Source: Limisphaerales bacterium
GTDB taxonomy: Bacteria > Verrucomicrobiota > Verrucomicrobiia > Limisphaerales > SIBE01
NCBI GenBank assembly: GCA_044225505.1
Contig: JBGAIN010000004.1
Span: 81,689 to 145,688 of the forward strand
DNA: 64,000 bases
Direction of reading: 5' to 3'
Shown in pieces: positions 7,844 through 18,670 of the stretch. The notes under the pieces were generated by a model. That model was not told the DNA's origin. It saw only the letters and a list, made by a program, of their open reading frames with translations, and did no database searches. The position numbers and the translations under genes are program-made. Position 1 is the stretch's first letter; the number at the start of each line of letters is the position of its first letter.

Positions 7844-10822
7844 ATGAAAGCATGGCTCGCTGGTATCGTTTCAACCTTGTTCCTCCATTTCGGCAGCATG
7901 CCGAGGCTCGCCGCGGAATCTGTCGACCGTCTGCGAGCTGAGTTCGTGACACCTCCCCGCGCGGCGCGACCCTGGACGTATTGGTTTGTGATGGACGGCA
8001 ATTTCACCCGCGAAGGCATAACCGCGGACCTGGAAGCGATGGCCCGGGCTGGGCTAGGCGGAGTGATCCTGATGGAGGTGGATGCGGGCATGCCGCGCGG
8101 CCCCGTTCGATTCATGAGCGCCGAATGGCAGGGGCTGTTTCGTCATGCCGTCGTGGAAGCCCAACGACTTGGTCTCGAGATGACACTGAACGCAGGCCCA
8201 GGCTGGACGGGGAGCGGTGGACCTTGGATCGCACCGGACCAATCAATGCAGCACCTTGTCTTCAGCGATACCAATGTCATTGGCCCAGCCCATTTCGACG
8301 CAGTCCTGCCGCGGCCGGTTCCGCGCAAACCGTTCTTCGGCGAAGGGGCATTACCTCCGGACCTCGAACAGAGTCGAAAGGCCTGGTACGAGGACGTGGT
8401 CGTTCTGGCCTTTCCGACTCCTTCCGGGACGGCGCGCATTCCAGGTGTCGACGAGAAGGCGTTTTATGTGAGGGCACCGTATTCCTCGCAACCTGGGGTG
8501 AAACCGTTCTTCGCACCGCTGGTGGTGCCACCGCTGTTGCCGAAAGAAGAGTGCGTCGCTAAGAGCGGGGTCCGCGACTTGACCTCCAGTTTATCCGCGG
8601 AGGGACGCCTGGTCTGGGACGTGCCGGCAGGGAATTGGACCATCTTGCGCTTTGGCCGGGCGAGTACCGGGCAGAACACCCGTCCGGCGCCGTTAGCCGG
8701 CCTTGGATTGGAGTGCGACAAATTGGATCCGAAAGCACTGGACGCCCACTTCGCGGCGTTCCTGGAGCCTTTGCTGAGGACGTTGACGCCGCCGTCCGTG
8801 CAAGGGGCTGGCTGGACCATGCTGCATATCGATAGCTGGGAAATGAGCGCGCAAAACTGGACGCCGAAGTTCCGTGAGGAATTCCAACGCCGGCGCGGCT
8901 ACGACGCCTATCATTATCTGCCGGTGCTCACGGGGCGGGTTGTGGAAAGCACGGATGTATCCGAGCGCTTTCTCTGGGACGTGCGTCAGACCATCCAGGA
9001 ACTGATCGTCGAGAATCACGCGTTGCATTTGAAAGAACTCGGCCGGCGCAATGGGCTCGGCTTGTCCATCGAACCCTACGACATGAACCCGTGCGCGGAC
9101 TTGACCCTGGGCGGCGCCGCTGATGTCCCGATGTGCGAGTTCTGGGCCAAGGGGTTCGGGTTCAATACCGATTTCAGCTGTTTCGAAGCAGTCTCCATCG
9201 CGCACACTCTCGGCAAGCCGATTGTAGCTTCGGAATCGTTCACTTCGGATGGGGAAGGCTGGGTTTTATATCCGGGCGCGTTGAAGGCACAGGGCGACTG
9301 GGCGTTTTGCACAGGGATCAATCGCCTGGTGTTTCACCGCTACCTGCACCAGCCCTGGTTGGACCGGTGGCCTGGGCTGACCATGGGATCGATCGGGTCC
9401 CATTGGGAACGAACGCAAACCTGGTGGGAACTGGTCCCCGCTTATCACGAGTATCTGACCCGGTGCCAGGCCTTGCTCCGGCGCGGAAGGCCGGTCGCCG
9501 ACATTTGCTTCCTGGTGCCCGAAGGCGCGCCCAACGTCTTTCGCCCGCCTCCCTCGGCCACGCGGGGCAATCCTCCGGACCATCGGGAGTATACCTTCGA
9601 TGCGTGCGCGCCCGAAGTCGTCCGGGACGAGATGACCGTGAACCAGGGCCGCCTGACGTTACCGAGCGGCGCCAGTTACGCCCTGCTGGTGCTGCCGAAT
9701 TTCGCGACCATGACACCGCCGCTGCTGACGAAGATCGGTCAACTGATTCGGGCGGGGGCAACAATCCTGGGCGGTCCGCCAGTGCGGTCACCGAGCCTTT
9801 CCGAATTTCCAAACTGCGATCGGGAAGTTAGTCAATTGGCAGCGGCGCTTTGGGGCGATATCTCCACACCGGAACGAGGCGTTGGCAAAGGACGCTTGTT
9901 TTCAACACCGGGAGTGGCCGAGGAACTGACAGTCTCCAGCAACCTCTATCCTGAGTTCAGCCAGATCGCCGCGGTGCTGCAGCGAATGGGTATCGTGCCG
10001 GATGTTGAATCTGACGTGCCGCTGCGGTTTATCCATCGCCAGGAGAGCGGCGCTGAGATCTACTTTATGGCCAATCCGACCGAGAACCGGGTTACCACTC
10101 CCACGCTTTTTCGGATCAGCGGCAGGCAACCGGAGTTGTGGAATCCGCTCACGGGAAAGCAGCGGCCATTGCCGATGTTTTCGACGGAGAACGGAAGAAC
10201 TCGCCTGGACCTGCGATTCGAGCCGTACGAGTCCTATTTCGTGGTCTTCGCGGATGCGGCAGGCGCGCCCAGGGGCGGTGTGAATTATCCTGAGTTTGAG
10301 CCCGTCGGCACCGTGACTGGGCCTTGGACCGTGCGTTTCCCGCCAGGTCGGGGCGCACCCGCAACGATTACCCTGAATGCGCTCGAAGACTGGGCCAAGC
10401 ATTCAGATCCTGGAGTGAGATTCTTTTCCGGCCTGGCGAGTTACCAAGCCCATTTTCAATGGCCGACCGCGCAAGCCGGCAACGTGAGCTCGAATTGGTT
10501 CATCGATCTTGGCGAGGTGCAAGTCATCGCCGACGTGAAACTTAACGGAGTTTCCCTCGGAACCGCGTGGACCGTGCCTTTCCGCGTCGAAGCGACTCGA
10601 GCGCTGCAACCGGGAGACAACCTTCTCGAGGTGCGCGTGGCCAACCTATGGTGCAACCGACTGATCGGCGATGCCGGTTTGCCAACACAGGAGCGAATCA
10701 CCTGGACCACATGGAACCCATTTAAACCCGAATCCCCACTGGTGCGGTCGGGCTTGTTAGGGCCAGTCCGGCTATTGGCGGAGCGATCGGTAACGGGTGT
10801 GTCTCGACGCTCCGCGCCTTAG
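7844..10822 (+). CDS. Glycoside hydrolase family 106 (alpha-L-rhamnosidase-like), secreted
   Basis: RPWTYWF..DGN, GITADLEAM, GWTGSGGPWI, GLECDK, HIDSWE, IEPY, ESFT, plus a C-terminal GH2-like sugar-binding domain (NLLEVRVANLWCNRLIGD). Confidence 0.9.
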   Translation: MKAWLAGIVSTLFLHFGSMPRLAAESVDRLRAEFVTPPRAARPWTYWFVMDGNFTREGITADLEAMARAGLGGVILMEVDAGMPRGPVRFMSAEWQGLFRHAVVEAQRLGLEMTLNAGPGWTGSGGPWIAPDQSMQHLVFSDTNVIGPAHFDAVLPRPVPRKPFFGEGALPPDLEQSRKAWYEDVVVLAFPTPSGTARIPGVDEKAFYVRAPYSSQPGVKPFFAPLVVPPLLPKEECVAKSGVRDLTSSLSAEGRLVWDVPAGNWTILRFGRASTGQNTRPAPLAGLGLECDKLDPKALDAHFAAFLEPLLRTLTPPSVQGAGWTMLHIDSWEMSAQNWTPKFREEFQRRRGYDAYHYLPVLTGRVVESTDVSERFLWDVRQTIQELIVENHALHLKELGRRNGLGLSIEPYDMNPCADLTLGGAADVPMCEFWAKGFGFNTDFSCFEAVSIAHTLGKPIVASESFTSDGEGWVLYPGALKAQGDWAFCTGINRLVFHRYLHQPWLDRWPGLTMGSIGSHWERTQTWWELVPAYHEYLTRCQALLRRGRPVADICFLVPEGAPNVFRPPPSATRGNPPDHREYTFDACAPEVVRDEMTVNQGRLTLPSGASYALLVLPNFATMTPPLLTKIGQLIRAGATILGGPPVRSPSLSEFPNCDREVSQLAAALWGDISTPERGVGKGRLFSTPGVAEELTVSSNLYPEFSQIAAVLQRMGIVPDVESDVPLRFIHRQESGAEIYFMANPTENRVTTPTLFRISGRQPELWNPLTGKQRPLPMFSTENGRTRLDLRFEPYESYFVVFADAAGAPRGGVNYPEFEPVGTVTGPWTVRFPPGRGAPATITLNALEDWAKHSDPGVRFFSGLASYQAHFQWPTAQAGNVSSNWFIDLGEVQVIADVKLNGVSLGTAWTVPFRVEATRALQPGDNLLEVRVANLWCNRLIGDAGLPTQERITWTTWNPFKPESPLVRSGLLGPVRLLAERSVTGVSRRSAP

Positions 10823-10933
10823 CGCCAATTTGAACGTCGATCAGACCCTGAACGAGACCGTTGCCGCGGCGGCGAGTCTTGCATTCTCGCGTGCTCGTGT
10901 CAGCATGGGAATAGCATTCAACGGAATGGTTGC

Positions 10934-12292
10934 GTGAGCTGGAAGTCTGCATCGCGGTGGATTTTGGGCGGGGCACTCTGCGTCCTGCTAACGGCCACAC
11001 CGTTGTTTCTGCACCCTGCCTTTCGCCCGCTCGCTCAGCTCGACCTGGCTGACGGTCGAATCTTGCGCGTTGAAGGTTTAACCTATGGAACGAACCACAG
11101 CATGGGATCTCGATCGGTGGTAGTTGACCGGTTCGGCCCGTGGCTACCCGCGATCGTGCGCGATGGACTGACGCCGAAACGGCCACGATCGCATTTCTCA
11201 ATGGATGAACCGGCCTTAGTGGTTTGGGTCGATGCGGTGGACATCAGGACCGGGAAACAAGTCGATTGCCAGGGAATTCGAGTTGAGCTGGTCGACAAGA
11301 ACGGTGATGTTTTCGCAGAGACAACGAGCTCCTGGTTTGGGGGCGCGAACTTCTGGCGGGTCGGCCACGTGTTTCAAACGTATTCGCGGACCGAGTCCGA
11401 GTTGATGTTCCGTGTCACACCCTGGAAAGCGGAACGCTCTGTCTCCGCGAAGATTTTCAACCCGCACGTCACACAACGCGCAACCTGGGTGGGGAACCCG
11501 TTGCCGCAACAGCGGCACAGCGGGGATTTGGATATCATCCTATCCAAGCTGATCGTTCGAACCAACGGAAGTCCCGAACAATACTGGGAATCGCGATTCC
11601 GCTACTGGGAGCCGCAATTTGAATTGAAGCAAGCGGGAGGCGAGACCTTGGGCTGGGGGCTGCCCGAATGGACGGCGGAGGACAGCCGGGGGAATCACGG
11701 GCGCTATCTGGGGCTGCATGAGCCCGTCTTGCGATTCGCGGTTTCCGTTTATCCCAATGCCACAAGCCCGGCAGTTCCAGTTCTGACCCGGGCGCCGTCA
11801 GTGTCGGTGATGGGGTTGCAGTCCAACGTCTGCTGGAATCTAAAGAGCGCCACTGCCGGAGAAGCAGCATCATTCGAATTGATCGGCTTGTTCCGGGCGG
11901 GCACGCACGTGTTTTCGGATGGAGTATACTATACAAATCCGCCCGTAAAGATGGGCCCTGTAATAGGAGGAGCTCCTTCCGGATGGGTCGGGCAAAGTGC
12001 GAGGGTGACGCCGCTCAAGCTTCTGGAATGGGATGGGCATTACACCGGCAGTCCGGTGGTCTATCTCCGAGCGAAGGACCTGGATTCAAACTGCCGCTGG
12101 GGAGTTCGTCTGCGGGATGAACGAGATCGGCTCTGGGCGGCGACAGCGGAGCCCCAAGGTGCGCGGAAAGGAATTCGTCCGTTCCTGGTGGAGCTTCCAC
12201 CTGATGTCCAGACTGTAGCGGTTGAAGTTGTGATGCTCAAACCGGTCCAGGTTGCATTTGACGTGGACACGAAGTCTCAGCCGCAACCCTAA
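10934..12292 (+). CDS. Hypothetical membrane-anchored protein
   Basis: 452-aa ORF with an N-terminal hydrophobic segment followed by DGRILRVEGLTYGTNH. No recognised domain. Confidence 0.7.
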   Translation: MSWKSASRWILGGALCVLLTATPLFLHPAFRPLAQLDLADGRILRVEGLTYGTNHSMGSRSVVVDRFGPWLPAIVRDGLTPKRPRSHFSMDEPALVVWVDAVDIRTGKQVDCQGIRVELVDKNGDVFAETTSSWFGGANFWRVGHVFQTYSRTESELMFRVTPWKAERSVSAKIFNPHVTQRATWVGNPLPQQRHSGDLDIILSKLIVRTNGSPEQYWESRFRYWEPQFELKQAGGETLGWGLPEWTAEDSRGNHGRYLGLHEPVLRFAVSVYPNATSPAVPVLTRAPSVSVMGLQSNVCWNLKSATAGEAASFELIGLFRAGTHVFSDGVYYTNPPVKMGPVIGGAPSGWVGQSARVTPLKLLEWDGHYTGSPVVYLRAKDLDSNCRWGVRLRDERDRLWAATAEPQGARKGIRPFLVELPPDVQTVAVEVVMLKPVQVAFDVDTKSQPQP

Positions 12293-12373
12293 CCGTAACC
12301 GTAACCGTTCCGCAGTCGAAGGACGGGCTGGCGTCGAGCTATCTTTCGCTCCTGTCTATGCCTGCTCGTGGAC

Positions 12374-14341
12374 CTAAGCCTGACCCTGATGAGGATGCGC
12401 CTCGATCGGGTCCGGTGGAGCGCTCTCGGCGCGAGCCAATTCCAGCCAGAACTTGCTGCCCACGCCGGGAGTCGATTCCACGCCAACCGTGCCGCCCATC
12501 CGTTCGGCTGCTTTCTTGACGATGGCCAGCCCGATGCCTGTCCCTTCATAGGTGGAATTCAAACGTTCGAAAATCTTAAAGAGCTTGGACTGATGGTCCG
12601 CGGCGATCCCGATCCCATTGTCCTGAAAGAACAGCCGGACGCGATCTCCGTGAGCTTCACCCCAGACGCGCACGCGCGGTCTCACGCCCGGGCTAACGAA
12701 TTTCACCGCGTTCCCCAGAAGGTTTGAAAGGCACTGGGTAAGGGTGGCTTCGTTGCCGTTGACGAGCGGGATGGGACGGACAATCTCAATCTGGGCATTG
12801 GGGAATTCGAACGTGGGGTAAGTCTGAATGATCCCGCACACCAGCGTGGCGACATCCACCGGTTTTAAAGGCAACTCCGCCCGCATCACGCAGGCGTAGT
12901 GGAGCCCGTCGCGAATCAGCAGGTCCATCCGTTCCGCGGCGGTGCGGATGCGGCGCGCGTAAAAGTCAGCCGACTCGCCGTGCCCGCATTCTTCAGCGAG
13001 GAGCGCGGCGAAGCTTTGCATGGCGCGGAGGGGTGCTCGCATATCGTGAACGAGGCTATAGGAAAACGCTTCGAGATCGCTGACCATTTCGTTTAGGCGG
13101 GCGGTGCGCTGTTGGACGAGTGATTCGAGATGCGCTTGCGACTGGCGCAGGGATTCCTCGCTGGCGCGCAGCGTTTCCGTGCGCTCGGCCACGCGAGATT
13201 CCAATTCGGCATTGGCCAACTGCAGTGCGGTCAAGGCTTGGCGCCATTGTTGCGAGAGGGCTCCTGCCACCAAGGCGGAGATGGCCGCGATCCCGAGAAA
13301 CGTCTGTAGCATGACCATTTTCTGGTGGAGCTGATGGGCATGCCCGGTAAATTCGCCTTCGCCCCGCGCGGTGTAGGCCGCGGTAATCAAGGCAGTCAGC
13401 CCCAGCGCCACGGCAGCGCCTCGCAATTGAAAACGGACCGCGGCCCAGAGCAACGGTGGAAGCGCCATGTAAGCGGTCGGCAGGTATCCTTTGAACGCCG
13501 AGACTTTGACTGTTATCAAGATCAACCCGATCACCGCGGCTTCATTCACGCGGAGTCGATCGATCTTTTCCCGCTCTCGCCAAGCTTGAATGGCCACCAA
13601 GGTTAACGGGGTGGACACCAGGACACCTGTCCCATCGCCGAGCCACACGAGCGGCCACGTTGTAGTGAAAGAATGTTTGCCCACCCAGACATCGGTGAGG
13701 GCAATGACGGTGGCACTGACGGTCGGGGCAAGGCTCGCTCCGAACGCGACAAAGGCGCCCACCTCCTCGATCGATTCAAGGCGGAACGGTCGACGCAGGA
13801 AGCGGCCGATTAGCCAGGCCGCGACCAGGGCCTCCAGGGCGTTTCCTGCAAAATAAACAAGCGCCCAGGGCAAAGGATTATGAAACCAGAGCGCATTGCC
13901 GGTGAGTTCGGCCAAACACCCGGCCACGATCCACTTGGGCCAGGTGCTGACCGGGTTAGCCAGGAGCACGGCTTCCAGGATGCCAACGGGAGGCCAGAAG
14001 GTGATGTCTACTCCCGGAATCAGAGCGAGCCCTTGCCCAAAACCTCCCGCCAGGAGCGATGCGAGGTAGAAAAACGCCAGGTGAGTCCAAGGAATCTCCA
14101 AAAACGGCCACGAACTCGGGTTTCCAGACGCACAGCGGGAGTGGGATGGTAGAGCCGAATCGCAGTCGCCAGGCGGAACGCCTGAGACCTTGGCCAGTCC
14201 TGGCAACCGGCTTGGAATCGGGAGTTTCGTAGTTCCTAAACCGCAGGGCTCCATGGCCAGACCTCGTCGTGGATCAATGTGGCTGAACCAGCCGAGCATT
14301 GCCCTGGATAACAACCCGGCACCTTGCGGACTCGAAAACAC
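12374..14341 (-). CDS. MASE1-domain sensor histidine kinase (start uncertain, probably downstream of 14341)
   Basis: MASE1 TM region (FWPPVG, GNALEAL, WLGDGTG, LLWAAVRF), H-box SYSLVHDMRAPLR, N-box NLLGNAVKF, DNGIG, GTGIGLAIV. Confidence 0.9.
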   Translation of the reverse strand: MFSSPQGAGLLSRAMLGWFSHIDPRRGLAMEPCGLGTTKLPIPSRLPGLAKVSGVPPGDCDSALPSHSRCASGNPSSWPFLEIPWTHLAFFYLASLLAGGFGQGLALIPGVDITFWPPVGILEAVLLANPVSTWPKWIVAGCLAELTGNALWFHNPLPWALVYFAGNALEALVAAWLIGRFLRRPFRLESIEEVGAFVAFGASLAPTVSATVIALTDVWVGKHSFTTTWPLVWLGDGTGVLVSTPLTLVAIQAWREREKIDRLRVNEAAVIGLILITVKVSAFKGYLPTAYMALPPLLWAAVRFQLRGAAVALGLTALITAAYTARGEGEFTGHAHQLHQKMVMLQTFLGIAAISALVAGALSQQWRQALTALQLANAELESRVAERTETLRASEESLRQSQAHLESLVQQRTARLNEMVSDLEAFSYSLVHDMRAPLRAMQSFAALLAEECGHGESADFYARRIRTAAERMDLLIRDGLHYACVMRAELPLKPVDVATLVCGIIQTYPTFEFPNAQIEIVRPIPLVNGNEATLTQCLSNLLGNAVKFVSPGVRPRVRVWGEAHGDRVRLFFQDNGIGIAADHQSKLFKIFERLNSTYEGTGIGLAIVKKAAERMGGTVGVESTPGVGSKFWLELARAESAPPDPIEAHPHQGQA

Positions 14342-14800
14342 CCATTACGCCCCGACCTCCTGAATTTAGTAAACCCATTGGCAGACCACCTCGAAATTCC
14401 CGTTGTGCGCTTTCCCTGAAACCCCGAGCGAGCCTCCAACAGCGGCGGCATCGCGACTGGCGCTGATACTGTCGGTCTTCGCTGCTTGGCGCAAGTCGAT
14501 GGGCATGAGGGAATCTCTGGAAATTGGATAGGTGAAACCCGTGGACCTCCGGCCTTGAGGCTCGGTGTCGGGCGACGGGGTCCGAGAGCGGCGTTGAAAA
14601 GCGAACATTTGATCACGCCCTTGGTCGATCCGGCACCCCAGCCCATTCGCTTTTATCGGATCGCGCCGGAGCTTTAGAGAGTCAAACCCTTGGTCGAAAA
14701 GCGGATACCCAGGACATTTCGGCAAGTTCGTATGGGTCCCGATAAGCGCTTTCCGTCAAGCGGGGCGGAGGGCGCCTTCTCGAGGGCTTATAGCCGCATT

Positions 14801-15238
14801 TCAGCGTTCGGCATTCCAGAATTCCGCTGGTCGGTCCGCAAATACATTTCTTGGCAATTGCATGATGATCCCATCGCCCGCCCTGACTTCAAAGACAACG
14901 CGCTCTGTCCAAAGAAACCGGCGGATGGACGCGTTTCGAATCGCGTTCCAAGGAATGAACAGGGGGGGATGCCCAATCCGAAACAATGGCCAGACGGAGA
15001 GGTAAAGACCATCCGCCGAAGTATGAAGGGTCAAACATCCGCCATACTTGGCGTGACCGACTCGCCCGGCTTGCATGCCGAACCGGGTGCCGGACGGACG
15101 ATCTTTCGCCGGGAACCGCGCCGCCAACCGACTCCAGCCTCCGATCCGGGAGATCAGCCAACAAACCAAGCACCACATGCCCGCAAAGAAGAAAGGATAC
15201 AGAACGAGCCAAGTGGTCGGGGGTGTGGACTGGTTCAT
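14801..15238 (-). CDS. Hypothetical membrane protein
   Basis: FFFAGMWCLVCWLISRIGGWSRLAARFP...GLYLSV..LFRIGHPPLFIPW reads as a conserved small membrane protein. Confidence 0.7.
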   Translation of the reverse strand: MNQSTPPTTWLVLYPFFFAGMWCLVCWLISRIGGWSRLAARFPAKDRPSGTRFGMQAGRVGHAKYGGCLTLHTSADGLYLSVWPLFRIGHPPLFIPWNAIRNASIRRFLWTERVVFEVRAGDGIIMQLPRNVFADRPAEFWNAER

Positions 15239-15316
15239 AGACGCTTCGCCGCGGTCAGTCTCGTCTCGTTTAACCGCTCGCTTGGAGCGGATCGTCACTC
15301 TCTGATCCAGTGGCGG

Positions 15317-15577
15317 TCAGCTTGCCTCATCTCTCTTTCGCCACTGCAAGGCGATTTGAACGAGGATTGCAAAACAACCTAGCCCACCGCCGAGCACGAC
15401 CCCAGCTGTCCCACCGAAGAATGTGGCAATTCCCACTGGCTCGACATCTTGCCACGGAATAATGTGCCGGAAGAAATCTGGAGTCATTTTTCCCGCGACG
15501 AAGCCGAACAAGCCTCCCAGGGCCATTCCGGTGAGCGCGCACAAAGTGACAACGCCGAAAACATGCTTCCAAGTCAT
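15317..15577 (-). CDS. Small two-TM Gly-rich hypothetical protein
   Basis: MTWKHVFG...GGLFGFVAG...GVVLGGGLG; two hydrophobic helices. Confidence 0.65.
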   Translation of the reverse strand: MTWKHVFGVVTLCALTGMALGGLFGFVAGKMTPDFFRHIIPWQDVEPVGIATFFGGTAGVVLGGGLGCFAILVQIALQWRKRDEAS

Positions 15578-15871
15578 GCGTGTAATGATGACGCGAGTGA
15601 CGCTGAGCCAATGCCGCTGAAAACGCAAGCCAGCGCATTTTCGGGCACCGCCTTCGGTAATGCTCTGCGCCAGCCACTTGATTGGGCGAGATCCCCTGCT
15701 CTGTTCACCGGACTCGGCAGTGCGTGGGTAAAGTGCGGGGTTAGAATGGCGAGAACTAGCTTACCGATACTGGGTCAATCGATACTCCGGATAGCGCGTG
15801 GCTTCAGCAGTAGCCCTCATTTCCTCCCCTCTTCCATGTGTTCAGTCTGTATTCTACGCTGACCCTATCCG

Positions 15872-18506
15872 CTATGGAGTTACGCTCCCGCGAAAGTTGC
15901 TGAACTTCAGTGTGCGGATGCCGAAGCGAGGGATGCTCAGTCGGACTTTGCCAACCCCGTCATCGCGCGTGCTAGGCTTGAGTTCCTCGATGACCCGGCC
16001 ATCGAGTTCGAGCAAATGGACTTGGACTTGAGCGATCTTAAAACCGAAGGTCAAGTCCTGGGGTGTCTCCTGGCCGCTGGCATTGAATAGCCGCACGAGA
16101 AGCGCTCCATCACGCTCGAACATCGCTGGCACATCCCAGCCAGGCGCTGGATTGATGAGCTTGCGTTCGGCGATTTGCCCACCCGAAGTGAAAGCCCCGA
16201 TAACGGGCTCTTGCCAACTCGAGGCTAAGGCCGCCACACCAGCGCTGTCCCAGCGACCCGCGTGTGGCAGGAGCGCATATCGAACTTCGGTCGGGCCATC
16301 GATGCGATAGTCGCGTCCCCAAAGTCCTTTGCCGGCATATTGAATCGTGAGTCCGAGGGGGAAATCCTCCCCGTGCGTGTAGCTGGTGGTGTGGTCACTA
16401 AAGAGGGCAAGACCATGCTCACTCGAACCGTCGCTGACGTCGACCCAGTCGAGGATGACGTTGTGCTTAATCTCGTCCCAGGAATTATAAAAGGTGTCCT
16501 TTAATTTGCTTTCGCACACGTCGTAAGGCGCGTTCTTGGCAACCTTTTGCTGAGCCAAGCGGACCGGGAACAGGGCGATCAATTTGAATCGATCGTCATA
16601 AGCAGGGCGGCGGCGGTTCCGGAACCCGTCCTTTTCCTCGAACTCACCGATGCGCGGATGACCTCGCCAATCGATACGCACGGAGCAGTCGATCACCGGC
16701 GAGCCTTGACCGATCGAAATGCGTTGAACGAACGGATGGCCAGCGATACTCCCAGAAACTTCCACGGTAGCGCGCAGTGGGCCAGCTTCGAGGATGCGCA
16801 CGCTGGCTGCCTGATCGGCGCTCGAGCGGAAACCACCTTCTTCGTAGAAATGACCGCGCAGTTCGTTGAAGCGACGCTCGTGAACTGCGTCCACGAACTC
16901 CCGGTTTCCCAACTGCTTTGCGAGCAGACTGCGGATGGTTCCGCCACGCGTCGAGCTCGATGCGATAGAGATCACTCTCCAGGACACAAACTCCATTCGT
17001 TTGAGTCGCGGTGACCAGTGAGCTCTCGGGCGAGGGCTCATGATCACGTATTTCCACGGTCGAGAAGCTGATGGCCGGGACCTGAGCGCGGACGAGTAAC
17101 AGACTTTGTCCTGGGATGTCGGACGAAACCCGTTGCGTGACAAAACGGCGGCCGCGAACATCGATCGTGATCCCCTTCGCGGAGGGTTCTGTCGCTCGTA
17201 TCGGCACCGGGACGATCGTGTCAACGGCGGCACCGGTCGGATTAAAAAGGCGAATGAGACGGCGCCCACGCGCTCGTTCCCCTTGGAGGAGCGGCTCAAG
17301 AGCCGTCTGGACAGCAAGATCGCTGATGGCGTTGGCAGCGGTGGTCCAACGTCGCACCTGGTCAGCCCATGTATTACCCAGGCGCCCGTTATACGGCACG
17401 ATCCAGCAATCGTGATGCTGCGACAGTAGAACGCTCTGCCACGCCAGATCAAACGCTGCGGCAGGACCCGGCCGGCCAGCGTCAACGAACGCCATGGCCG
17501 CAAGCTTCTCTGCCACCAGCAAGCGGTGCTCCGCTTCGCGACTCTGCTGGGCAATCTGCTGCAAGACCTGCGCACCCCACATCAGCCCGGGCTTCACATC
17601 TTCTTGCGAGAAATGCCAGTCATCAGCGATCTGGCCAGGGACGAAGTTTTGAAAATAGTCACGCCAGGTCGTATACTTCGACGCGCTTTCTTGAGTCTGT
17701 TCAGGGCTGCCAAGCCACGGCCCGCCACGCCAGCCGGCATCTTGCAGGCACATTCCCACCGGGGCATCGACACCTTGAGCTCGGCAAGCGGCCAGATACT
17801 CGGGCGAATTGCGGAAAGCAATCGTCTGCCAGCAAGAATTGGATTGCAGGACTTCGCAAGCGTAACGTGGAACTGCCCAAATGCCCGTGCCATCTGGACC
17901 AATCCAATGAACCAGCGCGCCTTCGTGCGGCGAGGTGTAGCCCCCCCAGCACGTGTTTGGGTTTTTAAGCGAGGCGAAGCTGTAGCCGAAAGATTTCAGA
18001 ACGGATGGCAGGCAACTGGTAAAACACGGTTCCTCGGAAGAATAGGTCGTAAACTTAACGTTTGGAAAATGCGCCCGTGTCTTCCGAATCCCGTAGTCAA
18101 ATTGTCGAATTAGGCTCTCGCCCGAACTTTGAAAAAGGTAACTCTGAGCGAAACTTGGATTGACGATTTCGATGCGAGCCTCTTCCGACGTGTCTTCCAG
18201 AAGCTTCTTAAACTCCGCGTATGCTTCCGGTTCGTAAACCCGCGCGAAGTCCCAAGTCTCCGGCTCGATCTCTAGATTGATTCTCCACTCTGGATTGTTC
18301 TTCAGCTGCTCAACGATGAAGCCGGTGTAGCCAGGCGGGTAATGTCCATGAATTCCACCGTGATAGCCGTCGATAAACCAGGCTGTCTGAGCATTCGCGG
18401 GGAGACTAAGCACAACCAGCGCCACCCAGGGAACCCACCACGCCCTGAGGGGCAAAAGTCTGTCGCCGCTGAATGTTCCCGTCTTGTCGCAGGCGCGGAA
18501 TTTCAT
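15872..18506 (-). pseudogene. GH38-related (alpha-mannosidase-like) secreted glycoside hydrolase, one frameshift near 16948
   Basis: ORF 16644..18602 gives the signal peptide, FIDGYHGG, WIGPDG and SQHHDCW up to ESDLYRIELD. ORF 15872..17575 continues RGGTIRSL...EAGPLRATV...YALLPHAG...LLVRLFN...IPRFGIRTL (GH38 C-terminal). Real pseudogene versus assembly error cannot be decided. Confidence 0.75.
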
Positions 18507-18670
18507 GGTTAGGGCTTCGATGTGCTTTGAGCGGAAAGCATTCTTCGGTGATACCGGCTGGAAGCGAGTGGATCCAGCGAAACCCGGTCGATTTCGCCTC
18601 ACGAGAGATTGGGCTGAGCCGTTTGAAGTGCTTTTAACGCATGTTCAGATAGCCAGAAAGAACCCGTTCT

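Noticed and set aside
12286..12309. Short (AACCGT)3 tandem at a gene end
   Set aside because: Too short to interpret by itself. It may be a minor relative of the hexamer tracts.
16935..16960. Programmed ribosomal frameshift in the GH38-like gene
   Set aside because: No slippery heptamer or homopolymer, and residues appear to be missing at the junction, which favours a deletion or error.
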